From: Clostridia bacterium | GTDB lineage: Bacteria > Bacillota > Clostridia > Christensenellales > UBA1242 | Length of the DNA stretch: 54,940 nt | Reading direction: 5' to 3' | Assembly: GCA_017481235.1 (NCBI GenBank) | Contig: JAFUPL010000050.1 | Span: 1-54,940, forward strand | Shown: positions 38,664 through 50,539 of the stretch, one piece after another | How the letters are laid out: each line of letters starts with the position of its first letter | Position numbering within the stretch: position 1 is the stretch's first letter | The notes under the pieces: model-generated | What the model saw: only the letters and a program-made list of their open reading frames with translations | Told to the model about the DNA's origin: nothing | Database searches by the model: none | Position numbers and translations under genes: made by a program

Positions 38664-40704
38664 ACGCACGTTCTACTGAACTCACTTTATTAATTTGACG
38701 TATTTTAGTAATAACCTTGTTAAGTTCGTCACTTGATTTTAAGCTAAGTGTTAGCATATATTCGCTAAGATTGTTTGGATTAATTTCAAGTGCATTGATT
38801 TTAACACCCATTTTTTCAAGCAGGTTACTAATTTGTGATAACACACTATTATCCGCAATAACATTAATACGTGCAAGATACATAGAGTTTTTATCTTCGT
38901 CCCAACTAACTGGAATAAAGCGGTTACTATCAAGAGTTTTAACATTAACGCAATCATGTCTATGTACCGTCACACCCTTTCCAAGCGATACAAATCCTAT
39001 AATTTCGTCACCTGGAATAGGCAAGCAACATTTTGCAAATCTTGTCATCATTCCCCTACTATTGTCTACAAGCACATTTCCACTAACCTTGATTGGTTTG
39101 TAAGTGGTTGGTTTTTCAACCTTAACTTGAGGCATTAAACGTTTGACAATGCTATCACTATTAAGCGTTCCGCCACCTATCATAGCATACATTTCATCAA
39201 TATTAGATAGCGAATATTTACTTAGTATTGAATTTAATTTATCGCTAGCAAGTAAAGTACTTACACTTACTTGATTATTTTTAGCACTAGTTTCAAGCAT
39301 TGATTTGCCTAGACGAATATTGTTTTCCACAAATTGTTTTTTGAAATAACTATTAATCTTTGTACGGGCGGAACTAGTTTTAACTATCTTTAACCAATCT
39401 CTTGACGGACCTTTGTTTTCTCCACCCAATAAAATTTCACACACATCACCATTTGAAAGTTCAGTGGTAAGTGGCACAAATTTTCCGTTAATTTTAGCAC
39501 CTATACATCTATTGCCAATATTGGTATGGACAGCGTATGCAAAGTCGATACAATTAGCACCTACTGGAAATTTGATAATTTTACCATTAGGTGTTTGAGC
39601 ATAAATTTCGCTATTAAACATATCCATTTTAATGTTTTGCGTAAACTCTTTACTGCTTAAATCCTTATTTTCATCAATAAGTTCTTTTAACCAGTTAATT
39701 GATTTATCAAAGTTGCTTGCCTTATGCCCCTTATCCTTATATATCCAGTGTGCCGCAACACCATATTCGTTAAAATGGTGCATAGCATGAGTTCGTATTT
39801 GAACTTCAACTGGGCGATTATTATCTGCCAATATACAAGTATGAATAGATTGATAACCATTTGGTTTAGGAGTTGCAATATAGTCTTTAAACCTACTTGG
39901 AAGTATTGAAAACATTGCATTAATACGACCAAGTATTGCATAACACTCTTCTACAGTATCAACCACTACACGCACCGCCATAAGGTCATATATTTGACCA
40001 AGCGTTAGTTGCTTTGATTTTAGTTTATTATACACACTTGCCAAGTGTTTTTCACGACCATAAACTTTGCCCTTAACACCCATTTCGGTCAATGCAGATT
40101 TAATTTTTTCAATGATTAATTGTACTTGTTGCTTTCTTTCTTCTTTATTAAGTCGCTCATCAAGAGATAGTTGTTCGTACATTTCAGGTTCTAAAAACTT
40201 AAAACACGCATCTTCCATCTTGTTCTTTATTTCATTCAAACTTAACCTCGCAGAAAGTGGTGCGTAAATTTCCTTAACCGACCTAACAAACAACTTTTGC
40301 TCGTCTACACTCATTAAGTTTAAGTGTTCTACCTTAAACACATTATATGCAAGCAAAATTATTAGTACTCTAACATCTTTTGACATTACAATTAACATGT
40401 TTCTAACACTTTCAAACTCTGCCTCGTTATCCAATGCGTGCTTAATCCCTACCGAATTAAGATTACGTAGCATATTGCTTACTTCCTCACCAAATTGGTT
40501 TACTATAACATCATAATCTATTTCTTCCTTAGGTTTTAGTATAAATAGCGCAGTTGCAATAAAACACGTATCATCAAGATTATACGCCTTTAAAATATCG
40601 TAAATATATATTATTGTATCTTGTTGTTGAGTTGTAAAATCTAACAAGTATGGTTGTAAACAAGATATTAATTTTTCATCTTTAATGTATAAATTTAATT
40701 CCAT
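38662..40704 (-). CDS. relA: Long RSH (p)ppGpp synthetase (Rel) with degenerate hydrolase domain
   Basis: YDLMAVRV, RFKDYIATPKPNGYQSIHT, EVQIRT, AAHWIYK, TGS (DFAYAVHT), ZFD (AKCCLPIPGD), ACT; no HD motif in the N-terminal domain. Confidence 0.9.
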   Translation of the reverse strand: MELNLYIKDEKLISCLQPYLLDFTTQQQDTIIYIYDILKAYNLDDTCFIATALFILKPKEEIDYDVIVNQFGEEVSNMLRNLNSVGIKHALDNEAEFESVRNMLIVMSKDVRVLIILLAYNVFKVEHLNLMSVDEQKLFVRSVKEIYAPLSARLSLNEIKNKMEDACFKFLEPEMYEQLSLDERLNKEERKQQVQLIIEKIKSALTEMGVKGKVYGREKHLASVYNKLKSKQLTLGQIYDLMAVRVVVDTVEECYAILGRINAMFSILPSRFKDYIATPKPNGYQSIHTCILADNNRPVEVQIRTHAMHHFNEYGVAAHWIYKDKGHKASNFDKSINWLKELIDENKDLSSKEFTQNIKMDMFNSEIYAQTPNGKIIKFPVGANCIDFAYAVHTNIGNRCIGAKINGKFVPLTTELSNGDVCEILLGGENKGPSRDWLKIVKTSSARTKINSYFKKQFVENNIRLGKSMLETSAKNNQVSVSTLLASDKLNSILSKYSLSNIDEMYAMIGGGTLNSDSIVKRLMPQVKVEKPTTYKPIKVSGNVLVDNSRGMMTRFAKCCLPIPGDEIIGFVSLGKGVTVHRHDCVNVKTLDSNRFIPVSWDEDKNSMYLARINVIADNSVLSQISNLLEKMGVKINALEINPNNLSEYMLTLSLKSSDELNKVITKIRQINKVSSVERA

Positions 40705-40713
40705 TTATTCTCC

Positions 40714-43095
40714 TTATTTTGTGGATTTGATTAAACTTAATTGATTATAAAATACGCTTGAAGTAAGTTCTTTTTTGTCCATTGATATATTAGTAATTTT
40801 ATAGTCGCCCTCAGTTTCAATTATTTCCAATTGTTTAAACACATTTAAGCACACCATAAATTGAATATACGACAATTTACGTTTAGTAGCATTAACAACT
40901 TTTTGATAAAATTGATAAGTGTTTGTCCCCACAATTTGATTTTCATACGCAAATTTAAGCACCTTAAAATACTCACCAAATATTTTACGGTCCACACTAA
41001 TATCGCGGAAAAACGAATAACTAAATGGCGTTTTGTGTGGAATATATATGGCCGATTTAGTAGTTTTGTTTAACGCAGAAATATATCCCAAATTAAGTAT
41101 TGGGTCAATAAATATTATTCGTTTAAAACTATTAAAATGATTAAAACTATTAGGCGCAAGCAAAATGGTATTAAGACCAGTTTCATCTTCCACTTCAAAT
41201 AATCGATTGCGGAAAATATTTAAGTTATCATAAATACTTTTGAAATTTAAATAACTATTATAATCATTCACAACGATTAATGTTCCGTATATGCTTTGCT
41301 CCATATCAACCAGCAAACGTATTAAATTATCTCTAGTGTAATTGATAAATTTATGATCACTAGCGTCGCCAAAAGATAACTGATTAAGATAATTATATGC
41401 TATTATACCTTTATCTTCTGGGCGATAGATATCTTCGTAGTCAATACTCTTAATAATTCCAGTTACACGCTTAATATTTTTAAATGTTTCAATATTTAAA
41501 TCGGTTAAAATATGACTTTTGGTATCACTTGCCAAAATATATTGCATTTGTGCCATATTAAAAGCAAGAAGTGACAAGTTAGGATATTTGATAAGCAAGT
41601 GTTCAGGGTGTGCCTTCATAGGACTTACTTCCGCACGCGAAGCAGTTAGTTTAAATACGGGTCTCATATTTTCATGACCACAAGGTTCCATTCGCTCAAC
41701 ACTTTCAATAAAGGCAACATTTGCTTCGTCTAAAGATATATCAAAATCATAAAGTTTTGTAGGCAAAAATTCGTCTTTAACTAGATTTTTGTCAACATAA
41801 TCGTTAAATTTTTCGCAAAATTCATCATAATGCTCAACTTTAAGGGTTAAACCCGCCGCCATAGTGTGTCCGCCAAATTTTTCCAATATATCACTCATGC
41901 TACACATCAAAGTGTGTACATTTACACCATTTACGCTTCTACATGACCCAGTTAACACACCATCAGTATCACTAAACAAACATGTTGGACGATGATATTC
42001 TTCGCTAAGTTTTGCACACACAATACCTAGCAAACCCGCTTCCCAATCACTAGACTTGCACACAATTGCCTTCATTGAATATATATCCAGCGTACTTAAA
42101 TATTCCTTTACATCATTGTAAATTTTATTACACAATTTTTGACGTTGAGTATTGTAATTTAGTATAGTTTTACATATTTTAGTAATTTCAGTAGGTTTGG
42201 TTTCCAAATATAATTTAAGTGATAAATCCGCATCTCCCATTCTTCCAGATGCATTGATTTTTGGCGCTAATTTAAATGCTATTTCGTTTGCTTTAGGATT
42301 TCTTCCAATTCCGCACTCATTAAGCAATTTTAATAATCCCTTAGGCAAAGTATCAATGCGCGTTAAACCAATACTAACAATAGCACGATTTTCAGCAACC
42401 ATTTCAACTATATCCGAAATTGTAGCAATTGCAGTTGTGGCAAGATATGGCATAATTGCGTCCATTCCGCCCAATGCTTGCACCACTTTTAAAGCAACTC
42501 CCGCTCCACACAAATATTTAAATGGATAGGTATTGCTAACTTTTGGATTAATAATCAAGCAATCAGGCATGTTTCCATCACTCTCATGGTGGTCGGTAAC
42601 TATAATGTCAATACCCTTAGACTTTAAATAATTAACTTCATCAACCGCAGTAATTCCGCAGTCAACAGTTATAATTAAGTCAGGGGTTTGACTGGTTAAT
42701 ATTTTGTTAATTGTATCCAAATTTAATCCATAACCATCAATATAACGATTAGGCAAAAATGTAGTTACATTAGCACCCAATTTAAGCAAATAATCATACA
42801 TTGTTGCCGTTGCCGTAATGCCATCTACATCATAGTCCCCATATATTAATATTTTACTATTGCTTGCAATATGTTTATTAATTTTTTCAACTACAAGCGC
42901 CATATTTTCAAACAAAAATGGATTATTAAGTTGCTTCAAATTAGGGTTTAAATATTCCCTTAAAGCACTTTCACTGTTAATACCTCTTGCAAACAAAAGA
43001 CGCACAACACGTTCGTCTAATAAAAATTGTTTAGACATTGAAGATACAAATTGTTGGTCAATTTGTACCCCTTCACAAGAATTTACATATTTCAT
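40714..43095 (-). CDS. recJ: ssDNA-specific exonuclease RecJ
   Basis: YGDYDVDG, TVDCG, TDHH, GSCRS, GGHTMAAG, plus Firmicute C-terminal extension. Confidence 0.95.
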   Translation of the reverse strand: MKYVNSCEGVQIDQQFVSSMSKQFLLDERVVRLLFARGINSESALREYLNPNLKQLNNPFLFENMALVVEKINKHIASNSKILIYGDYDVDGITATATMYDYLLKLGANVTTFLPNRYIDGYGLNLDTINKILTSQTPDLIITVDCGITAVDEVNYLKSKGIDIIVTDHHESDGNMPDCLIINPKVSNTYPFKYLCGAGVALKVVQALGGMDAIMPYLATTAIATISDIVEMVAENRAIVSIGLTRIDTLPKGLLKLLNECGIGRNPKANEIAFKLAPKINASGRMGDADLSLKLYLETKPTEITKICKTILNYNTQRQKLCNKIYNDVKEYLSTLDIYSMKAIVCKSSDWEAGLLGIVCAKLSEEYHRPTCLFSDTDGVLTGSCRSVNGVNVHTLMCSMSDILEKFGGHTMAAGLTLKVEHYDEFCEKFNDYVDKNLVKDEFLPTKLYDFDISLDEANVAFIESVERMEPCGHENMRPVFKLTASRAEVSPMKAHPEHLLIKYPNLSLLAFNMAQMQYILASDTKSHILTDLNIETFKNIKRVTGIIKSIDYEDIYRPEDKGIIAYNYLNQLSFGDASDHKFINYTRDNLIRLLVDMEQSIYGTLIVVNDYNSYLNFKSIYDNLNIFRNRLFEVEDETGLNTILLAPNSFNHFNSFKRIIFIDPILNLGYISALNKTTKSAIYIPHKTPFSYSFFRDISVDRKIFGEYFKVLKFAYENQIVGTNTYQFYQKVVNATKRKLSYIQFMVCLNVFKQLEIIETEGDYKITNISMDKKELTSSVFYNQLSLIKSTK

Positions 43096-43160
43096 ACTAT
43101 TTACCTACTTAAAGTTGGAAAACTTTAACAAAAAGTCGCCTACCAAAGGCGACTTTTATT

Positions 43161-44234
43161 TTACTCGATAGTAATATTATCATCACTTGATGGAGATTCA
43201 TCTCCACTATCTTCCTTAACTTCAATCACTTGATTTTCAGTATAATTATTTTCCAATTCGCCTTCCGCACTTTCAACGGTTTGTTTTGTTTTTACAACTT
43301 TTTCCTTTTTCACTCTTATTTTATCACTAACTTGAGTAATTGTCAAGCACCACAAGAAAGGTAGTGCATAAATTGCAACAAACATTGAAACTACAACAGC
43401 AAATAATACAATCAAACTTGCTTGCTTAATGCTAGATGGCATTAAAACTATAAAAATTAGCGCTAATGCGAATATTGCACCATACATAAACTTTTGTCTA
43501 AAAGCATTTGATTTTAAGGTATTAGCAAGTTGAGTTGAACGGTCATTTTTGTCTTTTAATTTATTTCGTTCCTTTTCCAATGAATCAAATATCATAAAGC
43601 ACTCACCCAATATCAACAAAAGCGTTATAATATTGATTGCTAGGAATGAACTGTTAATTGTTAATCTAAATATAGCAGTTAATGCCATTAACAAACCAAC
43701 ACCAAAAATTGAACTTCCTAAAGCAGTAATTGCACATGCCAAATTGTATCTACATGCACTATATATCACCGCTAAAGTAACAATAATTAAACCACAAGCA
43801 AATGCATAAATATAATCTTTACTTGTTAAACTTGCACCAACTTTTGAATGCTCAGAAAAATTAGATACACTTACTACCATTTCATCTGAAAGTTCAGCAT
43901 TAAACAAAGTTGTGTTTTTTATTTTACCATCATATTTTACCACTAATGTAGTAGTGCTTCCTTCACCCGCCACTTGAACCGAATAAAGTTGTGCGTCGTG
44001 ATTAGATAGACATAAATTAATATCGTCCGTATAATCACCTAATTTATCCGCTTGATATTCACTACCAACTGTTATCGAAAATGTGTTATAACCTTTAACA
44101 TCTGGACCACCTTTAAATCCAAATACACATAGCATTATAATACCTAATAAAAGAATGATGGCAAGTGTTATTAATACAATTTTGTTTTGCTTGATATATT
44201 GCTTTCCTGACTTAGAAAAATCTCTATTAATCAT
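43161..44234 (-). CDS. secF: Protein translocase subunit SecF (divergent)
   Basis: One TM, an extracellular domain (VGASL), five TMs; position between secD and recJ. Confidence 0.75.
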   Translation of the reverse strand: MINRDFSKSGKQYIKQNKIVLITLAIILLLGIIMLCVFGFKGGPDVKGYNTFSITVGSEYQADKLGDYTDDINLCLSNHDAQLYSVQVAGEGSTTTLVVKYDGKIKNTTLFNAELSDEMVVSVSNFSEHSKVGASLTSKDYIYAFACGLIIVTLAVIYSACRYNLACAITALGSSIFGVGLLMALTAIFRLTINSSFLAINIITLLLILGECFMIFDSLEKERNKLKDKNDRSTQLANTLKSNAFRQKFMYGAIFALALIFIVLMPSSIKQASLIVLFAVVVSMFVAIYALPFLWCLTITQVSDKIRVKKEKVVKTKQTVESAEGELENNYTENQVIEVKEDSGDESPSSDDNITIE

Positions 44235-45565
44235 TAGTTATTGCCCTCCTCTTTAGTAAAATTACATTTTTTGCCGTCTTCCGAATTAAAAGGCAAATAT
44301 AACTTAATCATTAAACGCATTAATGCTTGCGAACAGAATATATTTAATAGTGCTAGCACCATTGTAACAATACCAAATGATTGGATTGCCATATTAGGCA
44401 TCAATGCACATACAATACCAGCCAAAGCAAGCATTACGTTGATTGTAATTGTTGATACAACGGTTGAATTAATACCTTGTTTTAAACTTGTATGAAGTTT
44501 TTTGCCTTTTGCATATTCTTGACGCGCACTTTCAAGAGTGTTGGTTAATGCAACTACAGCCAAAACATATGAAAGTACTATTGCAAACACACCACTTAAA
44601 TTAATATGCACCAATGGAACAGATTGCAAGAAGAATAATCCTAATACAATGTAAAACAATATATTAAACATTGCCATAGCACCAATTTGCTTGTATTTAA
44701 GAATAAAGAACACCAAACTTGCAACCACCATTATTCCTAGTGCCACCCAAATATATAGCATAGGATTAGCAACATTTCCTCTTGCACCAGCACTTGCGCT
44801 AATTGCACCATAATAAGTACAAGTTAAATCAAGAGGCAACAAACCAACACGTAGTTGAACAGCGTACTTTTTAGTAGTTGCCATGTCAATAAAATCTTTA
44901 GTAGTCATACTAATAGATGAAGTTGTAATTGCAGTAGTACTGCTACCCATTTGTTGGTCACCTACTAACATGTAAAATGTTCCACTATCCCCAACTATTT
45001 CTTCAGTTTTTTGTTTGATATAATTTAATCTATCTTTTTTAAATGTAATTTCAACATAATACGCACTACCGTCTGGCGCTTGCAACGCTTCAATACTACT
45101 AATATCACTGCTGGTTGCAAAAATAGCATCAGTGTCACTACTATCACTACTTGAACTAAACACAAGTTGTTGAGGGTTGCTAATTAAAGATATTACTTCT
45201 TGACTATCGTCGCGGTCAATAATTCCACCCACCTCAACATACACGCCATTGTCACCATTACGTGCAATTGTACTATTTTTAAAACCACTGTCATCTAGTA
45301 TGTCTCTTAATCCTGAAAGAGTGTTGTCCATTAAAGCGTCATAATCTTGTTCATCACTAACATTGCGTGCAGTTGCATTGTATTTAAACATAACACCGCT
45401 ATTAATGTCACTACCCAGCACTAATTCATTAACAAAACTTGAATATTGATATTTTACACCACCTATTGATAATGGATATGTGAAACTTACAAAACTAGCA
45501 ACTAAACCCACAATCAACACAATAGTTAGTAAAATAATAAGCATTTTAGAACGATTTTTAGTCAT
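44234..45565 (-). CDS. secD: Protein translocase subunit SecD (divergent)
   Basis: LGSDINSG, VYVEVGG, LRVGLLPLDL...ISASAG (cf. GALP...VGPTLG), five C-terminal TMs. Confidence 0.8.
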   Translation of the reverse strand: MTKNRSKMLIILLTIVLIVGLVASFVSFTYPLSIGGVKYQYSSFVNELVLGSDINSGVMFKYNATARNVSDEQDYDALMDNTLSGLRDILDDSGFKNSTIARNGDNGVYVEVGGIIDRDDSQEVISLISNPQQLVFSSSSDSSDTDAIFATSSDISSIEALQAPDGSAYYVEITFKKDRLNYIKQKTEEIVGDSGTFYMLVGDQQMGSSTTAITTSSISMTTKDFIDMATTKKYAVQLRVGLLPLDLTCTYYGAISASAGARGNVANPMLYIWVALGIMVVASLVFFILKYKQIGAMAMFNILFYIVLGLFFLQSVPLVHINLSGVFAIVLSYVLAVVALTNTLESARQEYAKGKKLHTSLKQGINSTVVSTITINVMLALAGIVCALMPNMAIQSFGIVTMVLALLNIFCSQALMRLMIKLYLPFNSEDGKKCNFTKEEGNN

Positions 45566-45722
45566 AACTTCTCCTAATTTCCTAGTTATTATAGTTGATT
45601 AATCAATTTATGTCAACTATTTTTTACCCCCTAAAATCAATTTATCTAAACTAAATACAAAGTTTATATAATATTTGCCTAAAATTTATATAAAATACTT
45701 AATTTTTAAAAGTCTTTTACAC

Positions 45723-45920
45723 CTATAGTCCAACCAAATAATCAATACTAACTCCAAAATATTGCGCTAAATTTATTAATTTACTAACAGTCAATGTCCT
45801 TTTACTATTTTCCCAATCTCTAACCATACAATAATGGCAATTTGCAATTTTACCTAACGCTTCAATACTTAACCCCCTCTTTTCTCTTAATCTTTTTAAT
45901 CTAATACCAAAATTTTTCAT
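45723..45920 (-). CDS. Small XRE-family HTH regulator
   Basis: FGIRLKRLREKRGLS...WENSKR...FGVSIDYLVGL; AGGAGG RBS. Confidence 0.85.
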   Translation of the reverse strand: MKNFGIRLKRLREKRGLSIEALGKIANCHYCMVRDWENSKRTLTVSKLINLAQYFGVSIDYLVGL

Positions 45921-46090
45921 ATTTCCTCCTTCGTAAACATAAGTATTATATAAAATTTATTTAAAAAAGTTTTTACCATTCTGTAAACAGAACGGAAATT
46001 TTAAAATAAATTTCAAAATTATTATATACCTTATCTTTAATAATTTTAGCAATTATGGCAATCGTCATGGATTTTTTTAATTACAGTATA

Positions 46091-46240
46091 TTTTGTCATA
46101 CCGACTGGAATGAGTGTAACGAATGAAATGGAGTGTATCTGGTTTATGGTTAAATATTGCAATTTATGTTAACTGTAATTAAACTTTTAACCAGATACGC
46201 TCCACTCACAACTGAAGTTGTTCGGTCGGTATGACAAAAT
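46091..46240. repeat. REP-like long inverted repeat (GTCATACCG family)
   Basis: TTTTGTCATACCGAC...GGAGTGTATCTGGTT pairs with AACCAGATACGCTCC...GTCGGTATGACAAAA. Confidence 0.8.
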
Positions 46241-46398
46241 AAGCATATAACGCGCAAACTTCCACTCTATATCTACATATCTTCATAAAAAAATAGTGGA
46301 TAACCACTATCTTTTTTTAATAATATTTAATGTTTATAAATTTATCCTCAAATTCTTCATTATTCATTTTTCATTCTTCATTGCGATTTTAACCTAAA

Positions 46399-46794
46399 CT
46401 ATTTCTTTTTAATAATATTTAATAAAATCGCACATACTCCGCCAACAAGTGCCGAAAAGATGATATCTGTTAGTATTGCAACGCTAAAATTAATTCCACC
46501 ATTAAGGATTGAAAATACAATAAATGTTATTACCGAGTAAATTGCTCCCGTTATCAAACTTTTTACAAGCAATCCGTTGCCGTCTTGTTTGTTTAAAACA
46601 ACAATAGCAACTAAAATACTTAGCACTTTAATAATTTGGTCAATTAGTGAAATCGTTCCAGAACTCAAATCCACAAATTTTAATACAAACGCAAATAGTA
46701 ATACCAACAATATTGATACAACCACTCCAATCAAACTAACCTTTAAAATAGGCGTAATTTCACTTAGGTTAATCTTTTTTAATTTTTCTTTCAT
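46399..46794 (-). CDS. TIGR04086/YrzE-like four-TM membrane protein
   Basis: Four TMs; position immediately downstream of yajC as in Clostridia. Confidence 0.7.
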   Translation of the reverse strand: MKEKLKKINLSEITPILKVSLIGVVVSILLVLLFAFVLKFVDLSSGTISLIDQIIKVLSILVAIVVLNKQDGNGLLVKSLITGAIYSVITFIVFSILNGGINFSVAILTDIIFSALVGGVCAILLNIIKKK

Positions 46795-46917
46795 AAACCT
46801 CTCCTTAATAAAAATCGTTGTTACAATTTTTCTTACAAAATATAGTTATGAAAAAAAAGACTAATATATTAGTCCTTTTTAATAAATTTAAATAAATTTT
46901 TTGAATTATTTTGTAGA

Positions 46918-47295
46918 TTATTCCTTATCTTCTTCTACATCTTCTACTTCTTCATTATCAGTTTCGGTTGTAGCATACTTAGGTTCGTTTTTGTCAAACA
47001 CATAATACACAGCGTTAGAATGTACTTTAACATAACCAAACTTCTTATCAGTACCAGACTTGATAACAAAATACTTATGTTCGCCTTCGGTGGAAACTTC
47101 AAAAATTTCACCAACAACGCCAGTATCTGTCATAACCTTGTCACCAACCTTAATATTATCGCGAAGGTCTTGAAGTTGAGTATTGAACTTACGACGTTTC
47201 ATATAACCCAAAACCATCAAAACTACCAAGAATAATAAGATTGCCAACATTAAAATGCTACCAACATCAACCGCTAAAACATTAAAAAAGTTCAT
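46918..47295 (-). CDS. yajC: Preprotein translocase subunit YajC
   Basis: One TM followed by IKVGDKVMTDTGVVGEI; tgt-yajC synteny; start re-called at ATG 47295. Confidence 0.85.
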   Translation of the reverse strand: MNFFNVLAVDVGSILMLAILLFLVVLMVLGYMKRRKFNTQLQDLRDNIKVGDKVMTDTGVVGEIFEVSTEGEHKYFVIKSGTDKKFGYVKVHSNAVYYVFDKNEPKYATTETDNEEVEDVEEDKE

Positions 47296-47427
47296 ATTAT
47301 CCCCCACAATTAAAATTTATCACAAATAGGCATATAATGTCAAACATATTTATAAAATAAAAATAAATTTTACATATTTTTGACAAAAATTTGAAATTTA
47401 TACAACAAATTTACAAAAAACGCTATA

Positions 47428-48639
<1,212 letters not shown>

Positions 48640-48650
48640 CTATTTAAATT

Positions 48651-50306
48651 TTATACCATTTCAATAAAATTATCGCTAGTTAGAACTGGAGTTGTAACAC
48701 TTCCCGCAATGCCGTTACGAGTGTAATTAAATTTAATGCAATCACCTTCGCGAACTAGTAGCATTGCATCAATCATTTTAAACATGCGGTCAATTTCAAT
48801 CACTATTGTTTCATCTTCCTTAATAATTTCAACGCTAGTAAGTATATCACCTACTTGTTGACCAATATCCTTTGCTAAACTTTCGCTTTCAAAACTTTTT
48901 ACACCAATAGTTTCAGCAATTTTCATTGTTCCAGTAGTTTCATCATAGTATCCCTTTGAAGATTGTATTTCAATAGTTACGCCTAATAATACTCTTTTAA
49001 ACTTTCTAGTTTCACCATCACACATGTTCATAATACTATCTGCCACACGTGTTGCTACATTGGTAGGAATTGCATAACCAGTGTTTTCATAACTTGTTGT
49101 GTCGGTCGTTTTAGCATTTACAATACCAATTAAACGACCAAACCCATCAAACAATCCGCCACCGCTATTGCCTCCATTTACAGGTGTGTCAATTCTAAAT
49201 TCTCTAAGTGACACAGGTGATTTATCAATAGTAACATTAATATATTCGCTATCAATACTAATAATGCCGTTAGTAACCGCTATTCCACCCGCACCAGGGT
49301 TACCCACAGCAATTGCGGTAGAACCAACATCAACTAAATCCGAATTATACACTTCTACTTCTAAAGCATCACTATTTTTTAATACATCACTATTGGTTAC
49401 CTTTAATACTGCAATGTCATACTTTTCTGAACCTCCAACATATTCCGCCTCAATTGCTCCATAACCATAGTCAATAATAGGTTTGCCTTCAACATCAAAT
49501 TCAAAGTTACTTGAATAGTCTTCGTTGTTGTTTTCATTGTTATAATAACTTAAATAATACAAATCTGCCGTATCAATACTTTCGCCACCATATAGATATG
49601 TTGTAAACTTAGTTGCAATTCCATCACTTGATTGAGAATCTGCACTAAAGCATACATGATAGTTAGTAATAATATACGCATCGCCTTTTTCTTTATCCAA
49701 CTTATAAATCACTCCAGACCCAGCACCCCAACTAATCGAATCTTTTACGCCATAAGTAGGTCCTGTAATAGGATTGTATCCCGTTTGAGTGTTGTAATCT
49801 ACAATTGAAATGTCATGTTCAACATATATAGAAACCGCCGATCTTAAAGCACGTGAACTTGCTAATGCATTTGTATCTATTTGAATATCTAAATATTCAT
49901 CAATAAAGTCGATTAATGTATAACCTTCTTGCTTAGTATCTTTCACTTGATTGTACAAGTCGTTGATTGTAATATTGCTATATAGATTTTCACCATCTTG
50001 ACCGTTAACAATAGTAAACTGTTCAGTTTTTCTATCAGTATAAGTAATGGTATAAGTATCCACCAATCCCACACTATCGGTTTTGGCAATTGATGAAATT
50101 GACACACCTTGCTCACCATTAGTAATTGTAAATTCCTCAGTTTTGCCATTTGTGTATGTGATTGTATAAGTATCTGTTATACCATTACTGGCAGTTTTTG
50201 TAATAGATTTAATTGAAACCGCTTCCGCACCAGCATTACACCCAACAAATAAAAATGCTATAGGTAAAATTAATACAACCAGTAAACATTTAATAAATTT
50301 TTTCAT
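48651..50306 (-). CDS. HtrA-like S1C serine protease lipoprotein with PDZ-like C-terminus
   Basis: LFVG-C lipobox, ITNYHV / YDIAVL / GNSGG triad, two N-terminal DTYTITYT repeats. Confidence 0.85.
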   Translation of the reverse strand: MKKFIKCLLVVLILPIAFLFVGCNAGAEAVSIKSITKTASNGITDTYTITYTNGKTEEFTITNGEQGVSISSIAKTDSVGLVDTYTITYTDRKTEQFTIVNGQDGENLYSNITINDLYNQVKDTKQEGYTLIDFIDEYLDIQIDTNALASSRALRSAVSIYVEHDISIVDYNTQTGYNPITGPTYGVKDSISWGAGSGVIYKLDKEKGDAYIITNYHVCFSADSQSSDGIATKFTTYLYGGESIDTADLYYLSYYNNENNNEDYSSNFEFDVEGKPIIDYGYGAIEAEYVGGSEKYDIAVLKVTNSDVLKNSDALEVEVYNSDLVDVGSTAIAVGNPGAGGIAVTNGIISIDSEYINVTIDKSPVSLREFRIDTPVNGGNSGGGLFDGFGRLIGIVNAKTTDTTSYENTGYAIPTNVATRVADSIMNMCDGETRKFKRVLLGVTIEIQSSKGYYDETTGTMKIAETIGVKSFESESLAKDIGQQVGDILTSVEIIKEDETIVIEIDRMFKMIDAMLLVREGDCIKFNYTRNGIAGSVTTPVLTSDNFIEMV

Positions 50307-50539
50307 ATGATACCCCTTTTATTTTAAAAGATGTTTTTATTAATTTTTATGTTTATCATTATAATACATAGTTATACCCATAGTCAAATAATTTATTAAA
50401 TTTTTGGAATAATTTTGTTAAAATTTTTTACTATTTTAATATATTTACATACATCATATTATCGCTTTTTGATTTATATATTTAATTTCATTTAGGGCGT
50501 AAAAAAACTAAGAGTTGATACCCTTAGTTTTTAATTGAA

